Assembly: GCA_965246715.1 (NCBI GenBank)
Contig: CBDFFH010000039.1
Coordinates: forward strand, 83,754-147,753
Direction of reading: 5' to 3'
Source: Chamaesiphon sp.
GTDB lineage: Bacteria > Cyanobacteriota > Cyanobacteriia > Cyanobacteriales > Chamaesiphonaceae
Length of the DNA: 64,000 bases
Of this stretch, positions 1 to 13,395 are shown piece by piece (the stretch's first letter is position 1; each line of letters opens with the position of its first letter). A program made the translations under genes and the position numbers. The notes below the pieces were generated by a model, which was not told where the DNA came from, did no database searches, and was given only the letters and a program-made list of their open reading frames with translations.

Positions 1-740
1 TTGTAAGTTTCTTCTTCTTGACCGAATTTGTAACCATAGTTTTGGCTTTCAACTTCAGTTGTTTCACGAACTAAAGAGGAAGTTACCAAGGAACCGTGCA
101 TTGCGGAGAATAACGAACCACCAAATACACCAGCTACTCCCAACATGTGGAAGGGGTGCATCAGGATGTTGTGCTCTGCTTGGAAGACGATCATGAAGTT
201 GAACGTACCGGAGATACCTAAAGGCATACCGTCAGAGAACGAACCTTGACCGATTGGGTAGATCAAGAATACTGCGGTTGCTGCTGCTACGGGAGCGGAG
301 TAAGCAACACAGATCCAAGGACGCATCCCTAAACGGTAGGAGAGTTCCCATTCACGACCCATGTAGCAGAAGATGCCAATTAAGAAGTGGAATACTACTA
401 GTTGGTAAGGGCCGCCGTTGTACAACCACTCATCTAAGGAAGCTGCTTCCCAGATTGGGTAGAAGTGAAGACCGATAGCATTGGATGAAGGAATAACCGC
501 ACCAGAAATGATGTTGTTACCGAACATTAAGGAACCAGCGACTGGTTCGCGGATGCCGTCGATGTCTACTGGAGGTGCCGCGATGAACGCGATGATGAAG
601 CAGATTGTGGCGGAGAGCAATGTAGGAACCATTAATACACCGAACCAACCGACATAAATGCGGTTTTCGGTGGATGTGACCCAGCTACAGAACTTTTCCC
701 ATACATTTGCGCTTTCGCGACGTTGTAAGGTAGTAGTCAT
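1..740 (-). CDS. psbA: Photosystem II reaction-centre protein D1 (3' part runs off the window)
   Basis: The reverse strand from ATG at 740 reads [18 protein letters not shown]...[14 protein letters not shown]...[16 protein letters not shown]...[10 protein letters not shown]...[12 protein letters not shown]. It is absent from the ORF track because it is open at the window edge. Confidence 0.98.
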   Translation of the reverse strand, partial: MTTTLQRRESANVWEKFCSWVTSTENRIYVGWFGVLMVPTLLSATICFIIAFIAAPPVDIDGIREPVAGSLMFGNNIISGAVIPSSNAIGLHFYPIWEAASLDEWLYNGGPYQLVVFHFLIGIFCYMGREWELSYRLGMRPWICVAYSAPVAAATAVFLIYPIGQGSFSDGMPLGISGTFNFMIVFQAEHNILMHPFHMLGVAGVFGGSLFSAMHGSLVTSSLVRETTEVESQNYGYKFGQEEETY

Positions 741-979
741 TTGTTTATGATGGCGATGAATTTTCTAGGTGCGGGTTGATTGCCTCAACCCCTATGCATT
801 TCATATTAGAGCATATATTTAGGAATGTAACGTTCCTTCATATTCTCTTAACATTTAGTTTTGCCGGAAACTAGCTGAGTTCGAGGGAAATCTAGTTAGG
901 GATCGATAGAACTACTCAAACTGGAGATAGCTTTGCTATCTAAGTCGCTACTCGATCGAGTCTAGTTTACAGTGGCGAT

Positions 980-1324
<345 letters not shown>

Positions 1325-1834
1325 TTAATATCGCAACGACTTTATTATTTTTAGGATTAATTCTATCTGTATATCGATCGATACTCTCCCGATCTTGCCT
1401 TCCCAATGCCCCAAGGTGCTGAGTTATCGATCGGAAGTCGATCGGGCTTGGATTTTACTCAGTCTTTAGGTACGGAAACTGGAAATCTTAAAGATCGGCG
1501 AGATGAGTAAGATGACTGTATTGAGTCGCTCGATCGTCCTATTTACAGAGCTGGAGCCAAAACTTTGGAAAAAGTAAAATTTTTATCGCCAAGCGCAAAT
1601 AAATGTTAAGTTATTCTTTGCAAATTGTGTCGGATAATGTCAGAAAGTCCCACCAGTTGGGGGTTTTCTGCTAAAACTACTAGATAGTGAGAACTGAGTG
1701 GTTACTCAATCGCTGACGCTACAACATGTTAAGAAGTCGCTATTTCCAGTGGCATCACATCTCTCTAAAATCTTAATATCAGCCATTTTTCACGATCGAA
1801 TCGCTAAAATCTTATCCCGTAGGAGCAATACCGA

Positions 1835-4800
1835 ATGTTCACTAACGTCAAGTCCACCATTAGACATATAGCTCCCGATGACATTCGGGGTAGACAGTTG
1901 TTAAAGGTGGTCTATGTCGTATTAGAGCCACAGTATCAGAGTTCGCTATCTGCCGCTGTGAAAGCCATTAACGACCACAACCCCAAAGTCGCGATCGAAA
2001 TTAGTGGCTATCTCTTAGAAGAACTCCGCGATCCCGAAAACTACGCTGGATTGCAGCGCGATATGGAAACGGCAAATATCTTCATCGCTTCATTGATTTT
2101 TATTGAAGATTTAGCCGAAAAAGTTGTTGCAGCGGTAGAACCTCATCGCGACAAATTAGATGTATCCGTAGTATTTCCCTCGATGCCAGCCGTGATGCGG
2201 TTGAGCAAAATGGGTAGTTTCTCCCTTGCCCAATTGGGTCAATCCAAAAGTGCGATCGGCGAGTTCATGAAAAAGCGCAAAGCTAAAGCTGGCGCGGGTA
2301 GCTTCCAAGATGGAATGCTCAAGTTATTAAATACCCTGCCGAATATTCTCAAGTATCTGCCAATGGAGAAAGCGCAAGATGCGCGCAACTTCATGTTGAG
2401 TTTTCAATACTGGCTTGGTGGTACTCCAGAGAATTTGGAAAACTTCCTGCTGATGTTGGCCGATCGATATGTCTTTAAGGAAGAAGACACGCTTAATTCC
2501 ACTGACTCTGCCGGGGAAATCAAATACCAAGATCCCGTCACTTTTCCCGACATGGGGATCTGGCACCCCCTCGCGCCACAGATGTTCGAGGATTTGAAAG
2601 AGTATCTGAACTGGTACAACAGTCGCCGCGATGTCTCGGACGACCATAAAGATCCGCTGGCACCTTGTATCGGTTTGGTATTGCAACGCACTCACATCGT
2701 TACTGGCGATGCAGCGCACTATGTGGCAATGGTACAAGAATTGGAAGCGATGGGCGCACGCGTCGTTCCCGTCTTTGCTGGCGGACTAGACTTCTCCAAA
2801 CCTTTAGAAGCCTACTTCTTCGACCCACTCAAAAAAGATAGTGCGATCGTCGATGCAGTCATTTCCCTGACTGGATTTGCCCTCGTTGGTGGCCCAGCAC
2901 GTCAAGATCACCCCAAAGCGATCGATGCCCTCAAACGGTTGAATCGTCCTTATATGGTGGCGTTACCGCTAGTCTTCCAAACTACTGAAGAATGGGAAGA
3001 TAGCGATCTCGGTCTCCATCCGATTCAAGTTGCGCTCCAAGTGGCTATCCCTGAACTAGATGGTGCGATCGAACCGATCGTTTTATCCGGACGCGATGGG
3101 ATGACCGGACGCGCGATCGCCCTCCAAGATCGGGTTGAAGCGATCGCTGGACGTGCGATGAAATGGGCAAACCTGCGCCGCAAGCCGAAATTAAACAAAA
3201 AAGTGGCGATTACCGTCTTTAGTTTCCCCCCCGATAAAGGAAATGTTGGTACTGCCGCTTATTTAGATGTCTTTGGCTCCATCTTTGAAGTGATGAAAGC
3301 CATGAAGCAGAACGGCTATGACTTGCCAGAATTGCCAGCCACATCCAAAGAATTGATGGAAGCCGTCATCCATGATGCCCAGGCGCAATATAATAGCCCT
3401 GAGTTAAACGTCGCCTATCGGATGTCTGTCGATGAGTACGAAGCTCTGACTCCTTACTCCGAAAAACTTCATGAAAGCTGGGGGCCGCCACCAGGAAACC
3501 TCAATAGCGACGGTCAGAACCTCGTTATTTACGGCAAACATTTCGGTAATCTATTCATTGGGATTCAGCCCACCTTCGGTTATGAAGGCGACCCGATGCG
3601 GTTGTTATTCTCCCGTTCGGCTAGTCCGCACCATGGTTTCGCCGCTTACTATACCTACCTGGAAAAAGTTTGGGAAGCTGATGCTGTCCTGCACTTCGGT
3701 ACCCACGGTTCGCTCGAATTTATGCCTGGGAAGCAGATGGGCATGTCGAATGAATGCTTCCCTGACAGTTTGATTGGGAATATTCCGAACCTCTACTATT
3801 ACGCCGCGAACAATCCCAGCGAAGCAACGATTGCCAAACGTCGTTCCTATGCCGAAACTATTTCCTACCTGACCCCTCCAGCGGAAAATGCTGGTTTATA
3901 TAAAGGCTTGCAAGAACTCGGCGAACTCGTCGGTTCGTACCAATCGCTCCGAGATAGCGGACGTAGCATTCAAATCGTCAATACGATTATGGACAAAGCG
4001 CGGATTTGCAACCTAGATAAAGATGTCGAACTCCCCGATATCGATGCTAGCACGATGAGCCAAGAAGACCGCGATAATATCGTTGGTTCGGTCTATCGTC
4101 GCTTGATGGAAATCGAATCGCGTCTCCTGCCTTGTGGTTTGCACGTCGTTGGTAAGCCACCCACCGCCGAAGAAGCGATCGCAACTCTAGTTAATATCGC
4201 ATCACTCGATCGAGAGGAGGAAGGTATTAAAGGTCTACCTCGGATTATTGCTGAAGCACTCGGCCGCGATCTCGAGCAGATCTATCAAAGTAACGATCGC
4301 GGTATCCTCGAAGATGTCCAACTGTTGCAAGATATGACCCTCGCCGTCCGCGAAGCGGTCGCGGCCCTCGTCAAAGAGCAAGTCAACGCCGAAGGTCGGG
4401 TGTCTCTCGTCTCTAAGTTGAATTTCTTCAACATGGGTAAAAAAGAACCTTGGGTCGAATCCCTCTATGCTGCGGGTTATAAAAAAATCAACCTCGAAGA
4501 AATCAAAACCCAGTTTGAGTACCTGGAATTCTGCCTCAAACAAGTCTGTGCCGACAACGAACTCGGCGCGTTGCTGCAAGGCTTAGAAGGCGAATATGTC
4601 CTCCCAGGGCCAGGTGGCGACCCCATCCGTAACCCCGATGTCTTACCCACAGGGAAGAACATGCACGCCCTCGACCCGCAATCTATCCCTACTGAAGCAG
4701 CAGTTAAATCTGCCAAAGTAGTGGTCGATCGCTTACTCGAACGGCAGATGCGCGATAATAACGGCCAATATCCCGAAACGATCGCTTGCGTCCTTTGGGG

Positions 4801-5839
4801 TACCGACAACATTAAAACCTATGGCGAATCTCTAGCCCAAATCATGTGGATGGTCGGCGTAAAACCCGTACCCGATGCTCTCGGCCGGATCAATAAGCTC
4901 CACATGATTCCCCTCGAAGAACTCGGTCGTCCGCGCATCGATGTTGTGATCAACTGTTCCGGTGTCTTCCGCGACCTGTTCATCAACCAGATGAACCTGC
5001 TCGACCAAGCCGTAAAAATGGCCGCCGAAGCCGACGAACCGCTAGAAATGAACTTCATCCGCAAACACGCCCTCGTACAAGCCGAAGAGATGGGAATCAA
5101 CCTCCGCCAAGCCGCCACCCGTGTCTTCTCGAACGCTTCCGGTTCCTACTCCTCCAACATCAACCTCGCGGTGGAAAACGGCACCTGGGAAAACGAATCC
5201 GAACTTCAGGAAATGTACCTTGGACGCAAATCCTTCGCATTCAGCGCGGACAATCCAGGGACGATGGAGCAAAGTCGCAAAATCTTTGAAACCACCCTCA
5301 AAACCGCTGAAGTCACTTTCCAGAACCTCGATTCCTCAGAAATCAGTCTGACCGACGTATCCCATTACTACGACTCAGACCCGACTAAAATCGTCGCTAG
5401 CCTCCGCGATGACGGCAAACAGCCTACCTCATTCATCGCCGATACCACGACCGCCAACGCTCAAGTCCGCACCCTCTCCGAAACAGTCCGCCTCGACGCA
5501 CGGACGAAACTACTCAACCCGAAATGGTATGAAGGGATGCTCAGTCATGGTTATGAAGGTGTCCGCGAACTCTCGAAACGGTTGGTGAATACCAGCGGTT
5601 GGAGTGCGACAGCGGGCGCAGTAGATAACTGGATTTATGAGGAAACCAATGACACATTCATCAAAGATGAGGAAATGTGCAAACGGCTGATGAATCTCAA
5701 TCCAAATTCGTTCCGCAAGATTGTCTCGACGCTATTAGAAGTCAATGGTCGCGGTTATTGGGAGACGAGTGAGGAGAATCTTGATAAGCTCCGTGAAATG
5801 TATCAAGAGGTCGAAGACCGAATTGAAGGTGTTGAGTAG
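1835..5839 (+). CDS. chlH: Magnesium chelatase subunit H
   Basis: 1334 aa; [11 protein letters not shown] start, [25 protein letters not shown] and EVEDRIEG end. Confidence 0.98.
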   Translation: MFTNVKSTIRHIAPDDIRGRQLLKVVYVVLEPQYQSSLSAAVKAINDHNPKVAIEISGYLLEELRDPENYAGLQRDMETANIFIASLIFIEDLAEKVVAAVEPHRDKLDVSVVFPSMPAVMRLSKMGSFSLAQLGQSKSAIGEFMKKRKAKAGAGSFQDGMLKLLNTLPNILKYLPMEKAQDARNFMLSFQYWLGGTPENLENFLLMLADRYVFKEEDTLNSTDSAGEIKYQDPVTFPDMGIWHPLAPQMFEDLKEYLNWYNSRRDVSDDHKDPLAPCIGLVLQRTHIVTGDAAHYVAMVQELEAMGARVVPVFAGGLDFSKPLEAYFFDPLKKDSAIVDAVISLTGFALVGGPARQDHPKAIDALKRLNRPYMVALPLVFQTTEEWEDSDLGLHPIQVALQVAIPELDGAIEPIVLSGRDGMTGRAIALQDRVEAIAGRAMKWANLRRKPKLNKKVAITVFSFPPDKGNVGTAAYLDVFGSIFEVMKAMKQNGYDLPELPATSKELMEAVIHDAQAQYNSPELNVAYRMSVDEYEALTPYSEKLHESWGPPPGNLNSDGQNLVIYGKHFGNLFIGIQPTFGYEGDPMRLLFSRSASPHHGFAAYYTYLEKVWEADAVLHFGTHGSLEFMPGKQMGMSNECFPDSLIGNIPNLYYYAANNPSEATIAKRRSYAETISYLTPPAENAGLYKGLQELGELVGSYQSLRDSGRSIQIVNTIMDKARICNLDKDVELPDIDASTMSQEDRDNIVGSVYRRLMEIESRLLPCGLHVVGKPPTAEEAIATLVNIASLDREEEGIKGLPRIIAEALGRDLEQIYQSNDRGILEDVQLLQDMTLAVREAVAALVKEQVNAEGRVSLVSKLNFFNMGKKEPWVESLYAAGYKKINLEEIKTQFEYLEFCLKQVCADNELGALLQGLEGEYVLPGPGGDPIRNPDVLPTGKNMHALDPQSIPTEAAVKSAKVVVDRLLERQMRDNNGQYPETIACVLWGTDNIKTYGESLAQIMWMVGVKPVPDALGRINKLHMIPLEELGRPRIDVVINCSGVFRDLFINQMNLLDQAVKMAAEADEPLEMNFIRKHALVQAEEMGINLRQAATRVFSNASGSYSSNINLAVENGTWENESELQEMYLGRKSFAFSADNPGTMEQSRKIFETTLKTAEVTFQNLDSSEISLTDVSHYYDSDPTKIVASLRDDGKQPTSFIADTTTANAQVRTLSETVRLDARTKLLNPKWYEGMLSHGYEGVRELSKRLVNTSGWSATAGAVDNWIYEETNDTFIKDEEMCKRLMNLNPNSFRKIVSTLLEVNGRGYWETSEENLDKLREMYQEVEDRIEGVE

Positions 5840-5862
5840 CTAACTCAGTCACTCTGAATATC

Positions 5863-5892
5863 ACCCCTGTAGCCTACCCTACAGGGGTTTTT
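5863..5892 (+). terminator. Rho-independent terminator of chlH
   Basis: CCCCTGTAG...CTACAGGGG hairpin followed by a T tract. Confidence 0.8.
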
Positions 5893-5921
5893 CATTGTCA
5901 TTACAGACTGCAAGCTAGATT

Positions 5922-6133
5922 AACGTGAGTTCGGGTTAAGGATCTTTGCTTAATGACTCCTAGTTTCGTTTCTGAACCGCCCTCAAATGAATTTGCGGAT
6001 GCTTTTCATGCGGAGGGAACCTCCGCATGTGTTGCTTTTAGCCCGTTGGCGAAGCCTCTCGGAACGAGACACTTATAGTTCAGGGCGGTGATTGAGCGAA
6101 GCAGATCGATTTTCCTTATCCCGAACTCACGTT
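5922..6133. mobile_element. MITE family A copy 1 (TIR AACGTGAGTTCGGG)
   Basis: Terminal inverted repeats, AGATT flanking duplication, and homology to the copies at 10083, 58690 and 60381. Confidence 0.85.
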
Positions 6134-6292
6134 AGATTAAGCTCTCATCATTAAGATGGGATTTAACCAAAGTCGGGTCACCTTTTCACCCCCCTTTTCA
6201 AACAGCCTCTGAGACTAGATCGAGGTGTGTAGATTGAGATAATCTTGGGATTTGTATGCAATATTTAACTACTATTAATTCAGCAGTAAGAT

Positions 6293-6712
6293 TTACAATC
6301 GTGAACAATTGTTGTCTCGACAACTTTTGAATTGATAATCCGAAATATAAGTTCGATCGCGTTTCCCGAACCACTGATAGCGATTGTCACGAATCTGTAA
6401 ATAACCGCGATCTCCCAACCATTTCAGGCCAGGAATCCATCGATATAGATCGATCGCTAGATCTACTCCAGGTAATAACTTGCCGATCGCTTCTGCGGCT
6501 TCACTACCCTGCCAACGTTGTGTCGGCTCGTCAGCATTTATCAACATCATCCCCTGCTGACAATCAGCCTCAGTCACACCAAATTCTGCCAGGGTTTGCT
6601 TGTCTTGCATCGGGATATATCGAAATAAATTGCCACGATCGATCTGCTCTAACTGCTGTACGAATGTCGCACACAGATTGCAGTTGCCATCATAAATTGC
6701 ATAGTAAGACAT
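6293..6712 (-). CDS. DCC1-like thiol-disulfide oxidoreductase (DUF393)
   Basis: YDGNCNLC DxxCxxC motif and NRYQWFG. Confidence 0.88.
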   Translation of the reverse strand: MSYYAIYDGNCNLCATFVQQLEQIDRGNLFRYIPMQDKQTLAEFGVTEADCQQGMMLINADEPTQRWQGSEAAEAIGKLLPGVDLAIDLYRWIPGLKWLGDRGYLQIRDNRYQWFGKRDRTYISDYQFKSCRDNNCSRL

Positions 6713-6988
6713 TGGTGCTAACTGAGAAATGAAGATCGACTATAACTTTGCAGAAGTATCGAACGGTTTTTAGTTATTGTTTGTTCTATTATATCTAAAT
6801 GGATATTGTTTTTCACTGATTTTGTTTGTCATTAAACATTTTTTGTTAAAATCATGCCCAATCGAAAATGCGATTGCTTGTAATACTCCGATCGATTCAG
6901 TTAAAACTACGCTAGATTGAAGTTGCGATCGATTAGGATTGCTATAGTATGCTCGATCGATAGTAAATATGGCAAATAAGAATTGATA

Positions 6989-7121
6989 GGCGTTGCTGAA
7001 TTAATGTATGAAACGCACAAACAATTTTTGTAGGGGTAATGCCTCGTGCTTACCCCGCATCGATTCAGGGTACTCACAAGGGGCACCCCTACAAAAAATC
7101 ATACCCATATTCAGCAACGCC
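6989..7121. mobile_element. MITE family B (TIR GGCGTTGCTGAAT) with an internal GTAGGGG...CCCCTAC REP-like palindrome
   Basis: Inverted ends GGCGTTGCTGAAT/ATTCAGCAACGCC and an 8-bp duplication AATTGATA on both sides. Confidence 0.85.
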
Positions 7122-7204
7122 AATTGATAAATGTGTGTAATTACCATAAAAATCTAAGTGGTGATTGACATAGGAGGCATTCTGTTGTTAAGGGTTAGAC
7201 GACA

Positions 7205-7508
7205 ATGAGGTTGGCGGTTGCTGATGAAATGACTTTGCCCTTCGACCGGATTTCTTTGGAAATGATTTACAGAGGACTTTATCATTTCTATATAGCTCAT
7301 CACAAAGGTTTAGCGAACGACCCCATTAAATATTTTTCTGCTCCTGAAAATCAAGATCTAGGTGTTGTCAAAACTATCCGCAAACCCAATGTTAAGTTGA
7401 TTATTGCCCCTTTTCCTGAACATAGGCATCCTGACGACCCATTTTTCTTTGAGCCGTCTCCTTAAACTCTCTTGACAGTTAGCTTACAGGCTTAACTTGT
7501 CACCGATG
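7205..7508 (+). pseudogene. C-terminal remnant of an IS4-like transposase with its right end
   Basis: The 86-aa fragment (AVADEMTLPFDRISLEMIYRGLYHF...QDLGVVK) resembles the C-terminus of cyanobacterial IS4-type transposases and is followed by an IS-end-like CTTGTCACCGATG. No DDE core is present. Confidence 0.55.
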
Positions 7509-7624
7509 CGTCCAGACTTAACTTGATGTAAATAGAGACGATCTGTACGACAATAAATAAACGAACGGCTTGCTGACACACACGGCAATCGCCCGATCGC
7601 GACTATACGCTTTGCTTAAATTAA

Positions 7625-10084
7625 ATGTATATAGCTCTAAATTGGTTAAAAGAACTCGTAGACTGCCAACTAGATCCGGAAGAGTTGGCGAAAACCCTTA
7701 CGCTAGCTGGGTTTGAGGTAGAGTCGATCGAGGATCGCAGTACTTGGGCGGATGGGGTTATTGTCGGGCGCGTCTTGACGCGGATTCAACATCCCAATGC
7801 CGATAAATTAAGCGTCTGTACCGTCGATGTTGGCGGCGAGGAACCGCTGCAAATCGTTTGTGGTGCGGCGAATGTGCGTGAGGGGATTCATGTAGCCGTG
7901 GCGACTGTGGGGACTTATTTACCGAAAGTCGATCTCAAAATCAAACCTGCGATACTCCGGGGCGAAAAGTCCGAAGGGATGATTTGTTCGCTGTCGGAAG
8001 TTGGTTTGACGAAGGAATCGGAAGGGATTCATATCTTCGGCGAAGCGGAAGATCCGGCTACTCCAGCTATCGGTACCGATGTTCGATCGCTATTAGGATT
8101 GGATGATGTGATTCTCGATCTCTCCTCTACTGCAAATCGGGCAGATGCATTGAGTATGGTGGGCATCGCGCGCGAAGTCGCGGCATTAACTGGTGGCGCG
8201 TTGAAGTTACCGACAGTTGCGGCTAGCACGATTCCCCGTCAGCCGGAATTAACCGTTCAGGTACGCGAACCGCAAGCTTGTCCCGTTTATTCAGCGACGC
8301 TGATTCAGGGTGTCACCATCGCGCCATCGCCGGAATGGTTGCAACGTCGCTTGCAAGCGGCAGGAATTCGCCCGATTAACAATATTGTCGATGTAACTAA
8401 TTACATCCTGCTGGAGTGGGGACAACCGTTACACGCCTTCGATGCGGATAAATTGCAAACCGTGAGTGGTAGTGCCGCGATTCAAATGGGCGTTCGGTAT
8501 AGTGAGAAGCAAGGGGAAACCCTCAAGACGCTAGACGGACGAGAACGTCAACTGGTCGCCCAAAATCTCATAATTACGGCTAGCAATACTCCCGTCGCCC
8601 TCGCAGGTGTCATGGGAGGCGAAACTACTGAGGTATCTGAAGGTACTCAAAATATCGTCTTAGAAGCGGCGATTTTCGATTCGGTCGCGGTGCGAAAATC
8701 GGCACGCAGTCAGGGCGGAATGAGATCGGAAGCATCGACGCGCTACGAGCGGGGTGTGAACTTAGCCGAACTGGAAATCGCTACACAACGCGCGATCGAG
8801 CTAATCGTACAACTCTCTGGTGGTAAGATTATCGCTCAGGATGTCAGCGATCGTCGCCCCGATTTCTCGCAACAGCCTCGGACGATTAAACTGCGGTTGG
8901 AGCGGTTGAATAAAATTTTGGGTGCGATCGACGATGATGGTGAAGAAGGCGAAATTACTGCCGAAGATGTCGAACGCACGCTGACGGCGTTGGGTTGTCA
9001 GTTGACAGTAGCAGAAGAAGATGTCTGGAATGTCATCGTGCCCCCCTATCGCTATCGCGATTTGGAACGCGAAATCGATTTGATCGAAGAAGTCGCCAGA
9101 TTGTATGGTTACGATCGCTTCCTCGATACGCTGCCAGCTGAATCAGCAGCGGGTTTTCTCTCCTTAGATGAGGAGTTAATGCGGATAATTCGGGCGGCTT
9201 TTCGAGCTGTCGGCTTGAATGAAGTGGTGCAATATTCTTATGCGATCGAGAAATTAAACGATGGTTCTCAAGTCGAAATTGTCAATCCGATGTTCGCCGA
9301 ATATTCGACCTTGCGATCGGAATTAATCTCTGGTTTGATTCAAAGTTTCCAAACCAATCTCGCCCAAGGAAATGGCGAACTCCAAGGATTTGAAATCAGC
9401 AAAATCTTCGGACGCGACGAAGCTGGATTATTAGTCGAAGCCGATGTATTAGCGGGCATTATGGGCGGCGATCCCGAACAGGGGCGCTGGACGACTGGTG
9501 GGAAGTCACAACCGCTCTCCTGGTATGAAGCGAAAGGGATGCTCGAAAGCGTCTTCCAGAGCTTGAAATTGCCTGTAGAGTATCACTCCGATCGCTCCGA
9601 TGCTAAACTCCATCCAGGGCGCACGGCATCCCTCTGGTTGAAGGGTCAGAAACTGGGTTATTTCGGACAACTGCACCCGCAACTCCGGCAGGAGAAGGAT
9701 TTACCCGCTGCGGTGTATGTGTTCCAACTCAATCTCGATCCGATCCTTAATTACCTCGCCGCTGAGGAACAACTAGTCGCGGTATTTAAAAACTACTCTA
9801 GCTATCCACCATCCGATCGCGATATTGCGTTCTTTGTCTCGGTAGATGTCGCCGTCGCCGATATTCAAAAATCGATCGTCAAGGCTGGCGGTGAGTTATT
9901 GGAAGCTGTCGAAGTCTTCGATGAATATCGCGGTGAAAACGTCCCAGCAGGACAACGCAGTCTGGCAATTCGATCGATCTATCGCGCACTCGATCGCACT
10001 TTGGTAGATGCAGATGTGGAGCCATTACAGCAAAAGGTGCGCGATGCTCTAGTCGAGAAGTTTAATGTAACGCTACGAAGTTAA
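7625..10084 (+). CDS. pheT: Phenylalanine-tRNA ligase beta subunit
   Basis: [32 protein letters not shown], and the FDX-ACB C-terminus. Confidence 0.98.
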   Translation: MYIALNWLKELVDCQLDPEELAKTLTLAGFEVESIEDRSTWADGVIVGRVLTRIQHPNADKLSVCTVDVGGEEPLQIVCGAANVREGIHVAVATVGTYLPKVDLKIKPAILRGEKSEGMICSLSEVGLTKESEGIHIFGEAEDPATPAIGTDVRSLLGLDDVILDLSSTANRADALSMVGIAREVAALTGGALKLPTVAASTIPRQPELTVQVREPQACPVYSATLIQGVTIAPSPEWLQRRLQAAGIRPINNIVDVTNYILLEWGQPLHAFDADKLQTVSGSAAIQMGVRYSEKQGETLKTLDGRERQLVAQNLIITASNTPVALAGVMGGETTEVSEGTQNIVLEAAIFDSVAVRKSARSQGGMRSEASTRYERGVNLAELEIATQRAIELIVQLSGGKIIAQDVSDRRPDFSQQPRTIKLRLERLNKILGAIDDDGEEGEITAEDVERTLTALGCQLTVAEEDVWNVIVPPYRYRDLEREIDLIEEVARLYGYDRFLDTLPAESAAGFLSLDEELMRIIRAAFRAVGLNEVVQYSYAIEKLNDGSQVEIVNPMFAEYSTLRSELISGLIQSFQTNLAQGNGELQGFEISKIFGRDEAGLLVEADVLAGIMGGDPEQGRWTTGGKSQPLSWYEAKGMLESVFQSLKLPVEYHSDRSDAKLHPGRTASLWLKGQKLGYFGQLHPQLRQEKDLPAAVYVFQLNLDPILNYLAAEEQLVAVFKNYSSYPPSDRDIAFFVSVDVAVADIQKSIVKAGGELLEAVEVFDEYRGENVPAGQRSLAIRSIYRALDRTLVDADVEPLQQKVRDALVEKFNVTLRS

Positions 10085-10378
10085 CGGGAGTTCGGGTTAA
10101 AGATGTCCACTTAATGACTCCTAGCTTCGTTTCTGAACCGCCCTCAAACGAATTAGTTGCTCATAGCAAAAGTTCGTTTCAACGAACTAATCAATTGGGC
10201 AGTTCTCTGAAGAGAACTTTTGCTATTAGCCCGAACTTATAGTTCAGGGCGGTGCTTGAACGGAGCAGATCGATTTTCCTTATCCCGAACTCACGTTAAG
10301 ATACATAGTCTGCGAGGCAGACTTTGCATCATAAGCAAAGACTTCAGTGTCTAGGCTACTATTATCCCGAACTCACGT
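10083..10378. mobile_element. MITE family A copy 2 (10083-10297) plus an extra right end (to 10378)
   Basis: Near-identical to the inverted copy at 60381-60595. A second TTATCCCGAACTCACGT end lies at 10362-10378. The left TIR overlaps the pheT stop codon. Confidence 0.85.
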
Positions 10379-10578
10379 AAGTTAAGGTTGTGTATTAAAA
10401 AATCCCCCTTTTTAAGGGGGATTCAACGGTGCGCTCTACTCTCTGGTAAATAGCAGATAATAAAGTCCCTTACTTACATAACGATGGGTGAGGTTGTTAA
10501 CCGATATTTCGAGATTGCAATTGGGGTTGCTTTCCAGGTTGCACACAGGCTCGGCGAGATCTGTCGACGACCTGTCAG

Positions 10579-11907
10579 TTACTTTTTTTGAGCTGAGCTA
10601 CTACCATTCCGGGCGATCGCGACTTGTAATGTTTGGAGCGCTTTGGCATATTGCGGATCGGCAGGAGTAGCTACTTTGCTACGATCTTTGACAAAAGTTT
10701 GGATTTGAGCCTTAGTTAACTTGACCTCAACATCTGGTTTGATCCCAGCATGATTGATATCTTTACCGCTAGGAGTATAGTACTTAGCGATCGTTACTGC
10801 CATCCCGGCACCGTCGCTCAACGGACGAACCGATTGCACCAAACCTTTCCCGAATGTCTTGGCACCTACAAGTTGAGCGCGTTTGTTATCCTGAAGGGCA
10901 CCAGAAAGAATTTCACTAGCACTTGCCGAACCGCCATCAACGAGCACGACTACTGGTTTATTGGTAATCGCAGTATGGTTGGCTGACTGGGTTTCGCCGC
11001 CGCCTTGACGAGGAACGGTAGAGACAATTTTGCCATCATCGATAAACATCCGCGCGATATCGATCGCACCGTAGAGCAAGCCACCTGGATTCGATCGCAG
11101 ATCGAGGATATAACCGTTAGCACCTTGACCTTCGAGTTTTTGAATCGCCGCACTCATTTCTGCTGAGGCATTAGCACTAAACTGTTTGAGTCGGATATAA
11201 CCGATGCCATTCAATTCTTGCGGACGGTATTTAGCTTCGACTGGGTGAATCTCGATTTGTTGGCGCAGGAGGTTGAAATCTAATACCTGACGACCATCGC
11301 GGCGGATCGTTAATTTGACCGTGGTGCCTTCTTTCCCCCGAATCAATTGGACGGCTTTATTGACATCCATCCCTGTGGTACTTTTGCCGTCAATGCTGGT
11401 GATAATATCTTTAGATAGAATTCCTGCCTTAGCTGCTGGGGTATCTTCGATCGGGGCGATCACGATCAGTCGCTTGGTCTTTTCATCTTGGCTAAGTTGA
11501 ATTCCGACCCCAATTAACTGACCGGAGGTTTCAACTTGAAGGTCCCGAAACTCTTTGGGATCCATGAAGCGGGTATAAGGATCGTTGAGGTTTTTGAGCA
11601 TCAACCGAACGTTCTTATAGACCTCTTCCTTATTCTTGTAAGTTTTTTGGAGATATTGCTTGCGAATCGCCCGCCAATCTTTTTGATTGAATGTGCCATC
11701 GACATACTGGCGATCGATAATCTGCCACACTTCATCGATTACTTCCTTGGGACTATCCTTGAAGAACGCGACACCCTTGGGAAGATGAAGCCCCGCACCA
11801 GTAACTGCGACTGCTGTGAGCACTAATGCTGTGGCACCAATAACTAACCCGTGTTTTTCGATCTTCATGATTCTGTCTAAATTAGCAGGAAAGGGAAAAA
11901 GTGGCAC
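10579..11907 (-). CDS. ctpA: Carboxyl-terminal processing protease (S41, PDZ); the likely start is ATG at 11868
   Basis: DLRSNPGGLL, SASASEILSGALQD and TFGKGLVQ motifs; the exact ctpA/B/C paralogue is not resolved. Confidence 0.85.
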   Translation of the reverse strand: MPLFPFPANLDRIMKIEKHGLVIGATALVLTAVAVTGAGLHLPKGVAFFKDSPKEVIDEVWQIIDRQYVDGTFNQKDWRAIRKQYLQKTYKNKEEVYKNVRLMLKNLNDPYTRFMDPKEFRDLQVETSGQLIGVGIQLSQDEKTKRLIVIAPIEDTPAAKAGILSKDIITSIDGKSTTGMDVNKAVQLIRGKEGTTVKLTIRRDGRQVLDFNLLRQQIEIHPVEAKYRPQELNGIGYIRLKQFSANASAEMSAAIQKLEGQGANGYILDLRSNPGGLLYGAIDIARMFIDDGKIVSTVPRQGGGETQSANHTAITNKPVVVLVDGGSASASEILSGALQDNKRAQLVGAKTFGKGLVQSVRPLSDGAGMAVTIAKYYTPSGKDINHAGIKPDVEVKLTKAQIQTFVKDRSKVATPADPQYAKALQTLQVAIARNGSSSAQKK

Positions 11908-12072
11908 GATCTTATCCCTAATTTAGCACATCTTATCGACTGACTAGGGGGATGGGTAAACTGCTCGCGATCGTACCGATCGACATAGTGTCACTCTATT
12001 ATAACCTACGAGGATCGGTAGCTGGGTAGCGATCCCCATCACCATTAAATGATGACGGGGATCGGTTGCCCT

Positions 12073-13329
12073 TTATACTTCTGGTTCGACCCAGCGATCG
12101 TCAGCCTTAATTAGCGCGATCAGCTCAGTCACCCCATCAGCTTCCGGAACGCGCTTAATTTCATCGCGACCGCGATAGAGCGAGATATAGCCAGGAGTTT
12201 TACCCACATAACCGTAATCGGCATCGGCCATCTCACCAGGGCCATTGACGATACAACCCATCACCGCGATGTCGAGTCCGGTCAAGTGCTTGGTTGCCTC
12301 CCTAACTTGATGGAGGACTGTTTCGAGGTTAAACAGCGTGCGACCGCACGACGGACAAGCTACGTATTCCACCATCGTCTTCCGCAACCCCAGTGCTTGG
12401 AGGATGCTATAGCAGACGGGGATTTCTTTTTCGGGAGCTTCGGTGAGCGATACGCGCAATGTGTCGCCGATCCCTTCTGCTAATAATGTCGCGATCCCAG
12501 CGGTAGATTTGATCCGACCGTACTCGCCATCCCCAGCTTCAGTCACGCCGAGGTGAATCGGATAATCCATCCCTTCGGCATCCATGCGCTGTGCGAGCAA
12601 GCGGTATGCTGCCACCATCACCGGAACGCGGGAGGCTTTCATCGAGATAATCAGATTGTGAAAATCGAACGATCGACAGATCCGAATACATTCTAAGGCC
12701 GACTCGACCATGCCTTGAGGCGTGTCGCCGTAAGTAAATAGCATCCGTTCGGCAAGCGAACCATGATTGACCCCAATCCGCATCGCTTTGCCTCGATCGC
12801 GCAATGATACGATCAAGGGTTCGAGCATCTCTTTAATATGCTCGCCAATTTCGGCAAATTCAGCAGGTGTATATTCGGTGCGATCTGGTTTGGGTTTCTC
12901 AAATACATACAGTCCCGGATTGATCCGCACTTTATCGACATGCTTAGCAACTTCTAGGGCAATTTTCATCCCATTGTGATGCACGTCAGCAACTAGTGGG
13001 ACGCGCTGATATGTATCGATCAGTTTTTGCTTGATTTCCGCTAAGGCTTTAGCATGTGCCATGCTCGGTACAGTAACGCGAACGATCTCGCAACCGATTT
13101 CGTGGAGACGGCGAATACCGGCGACTGCACCATCGATGTCGAGTGTATCTTCATTGATCATCGACTGGACGACAACTGGATTGTTGCCGCCGATAATGAT
13201 GCTCCCTACGGCTACCGGACGTGTCTTCCGGCGATGGATCGTCGTATCGGTACCTAAGTTACTATAAGCGGTCTGAGCGGGTGCTGGCAGGGTCTGCATA
13301 TACAAAAAACTGTGGGGATTTGGATGCAA
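12073..13329 (-). CDS. ispG: (E)-4-hydroxy-3-methylbut-2-enyl-diphosphate synthase
   Basis: [23 protein letters not shown] and [10 protein letters not shown]. Confidence 0.97.
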   Translation of the reverse strand: MHPNPHSFLYMQTLPAPAQTAYSNLGTDTTIHRRKTRPVAVGSIIIGGNNPVVVQSMINEDTLDIDGAVAGIRRLHEIGCEIVRVTVPSMAHAKALAEIKQKLIDTYQRVPLVADVHHNGMKIALEVAKHVDKVRINPGLYVFEKPKPDRTEYTPAEFAEIGEHIKEMLEPLIVSLRDRGKAMRIGVNHGSLAERMLFTYGDTPQGMVESALECIRICRSFDFHNLIISMKASRVPVMVAAYRLLAQRMDAEGMDYPIHLGVTEAGDGEYGRIKSTAGIATLLAEGIGDTLRVSLTEAPEKEIPVCYSILQALGLRKTMVEYVACPSCGRTLFNLETVLHQVREATKHLTGLDIAVMGCIVNGPGEMADADYGYVGKTPGYISLYRGRDEIKRVPEADGVTELIALIKADDRWVEPEV

Positions 13330-13395
13330 TTATCTCCTCTTCAGCTTGCCACAATTTGGCTCGATCGGGATGCTTGATTATTGTTGCCAGTCATT

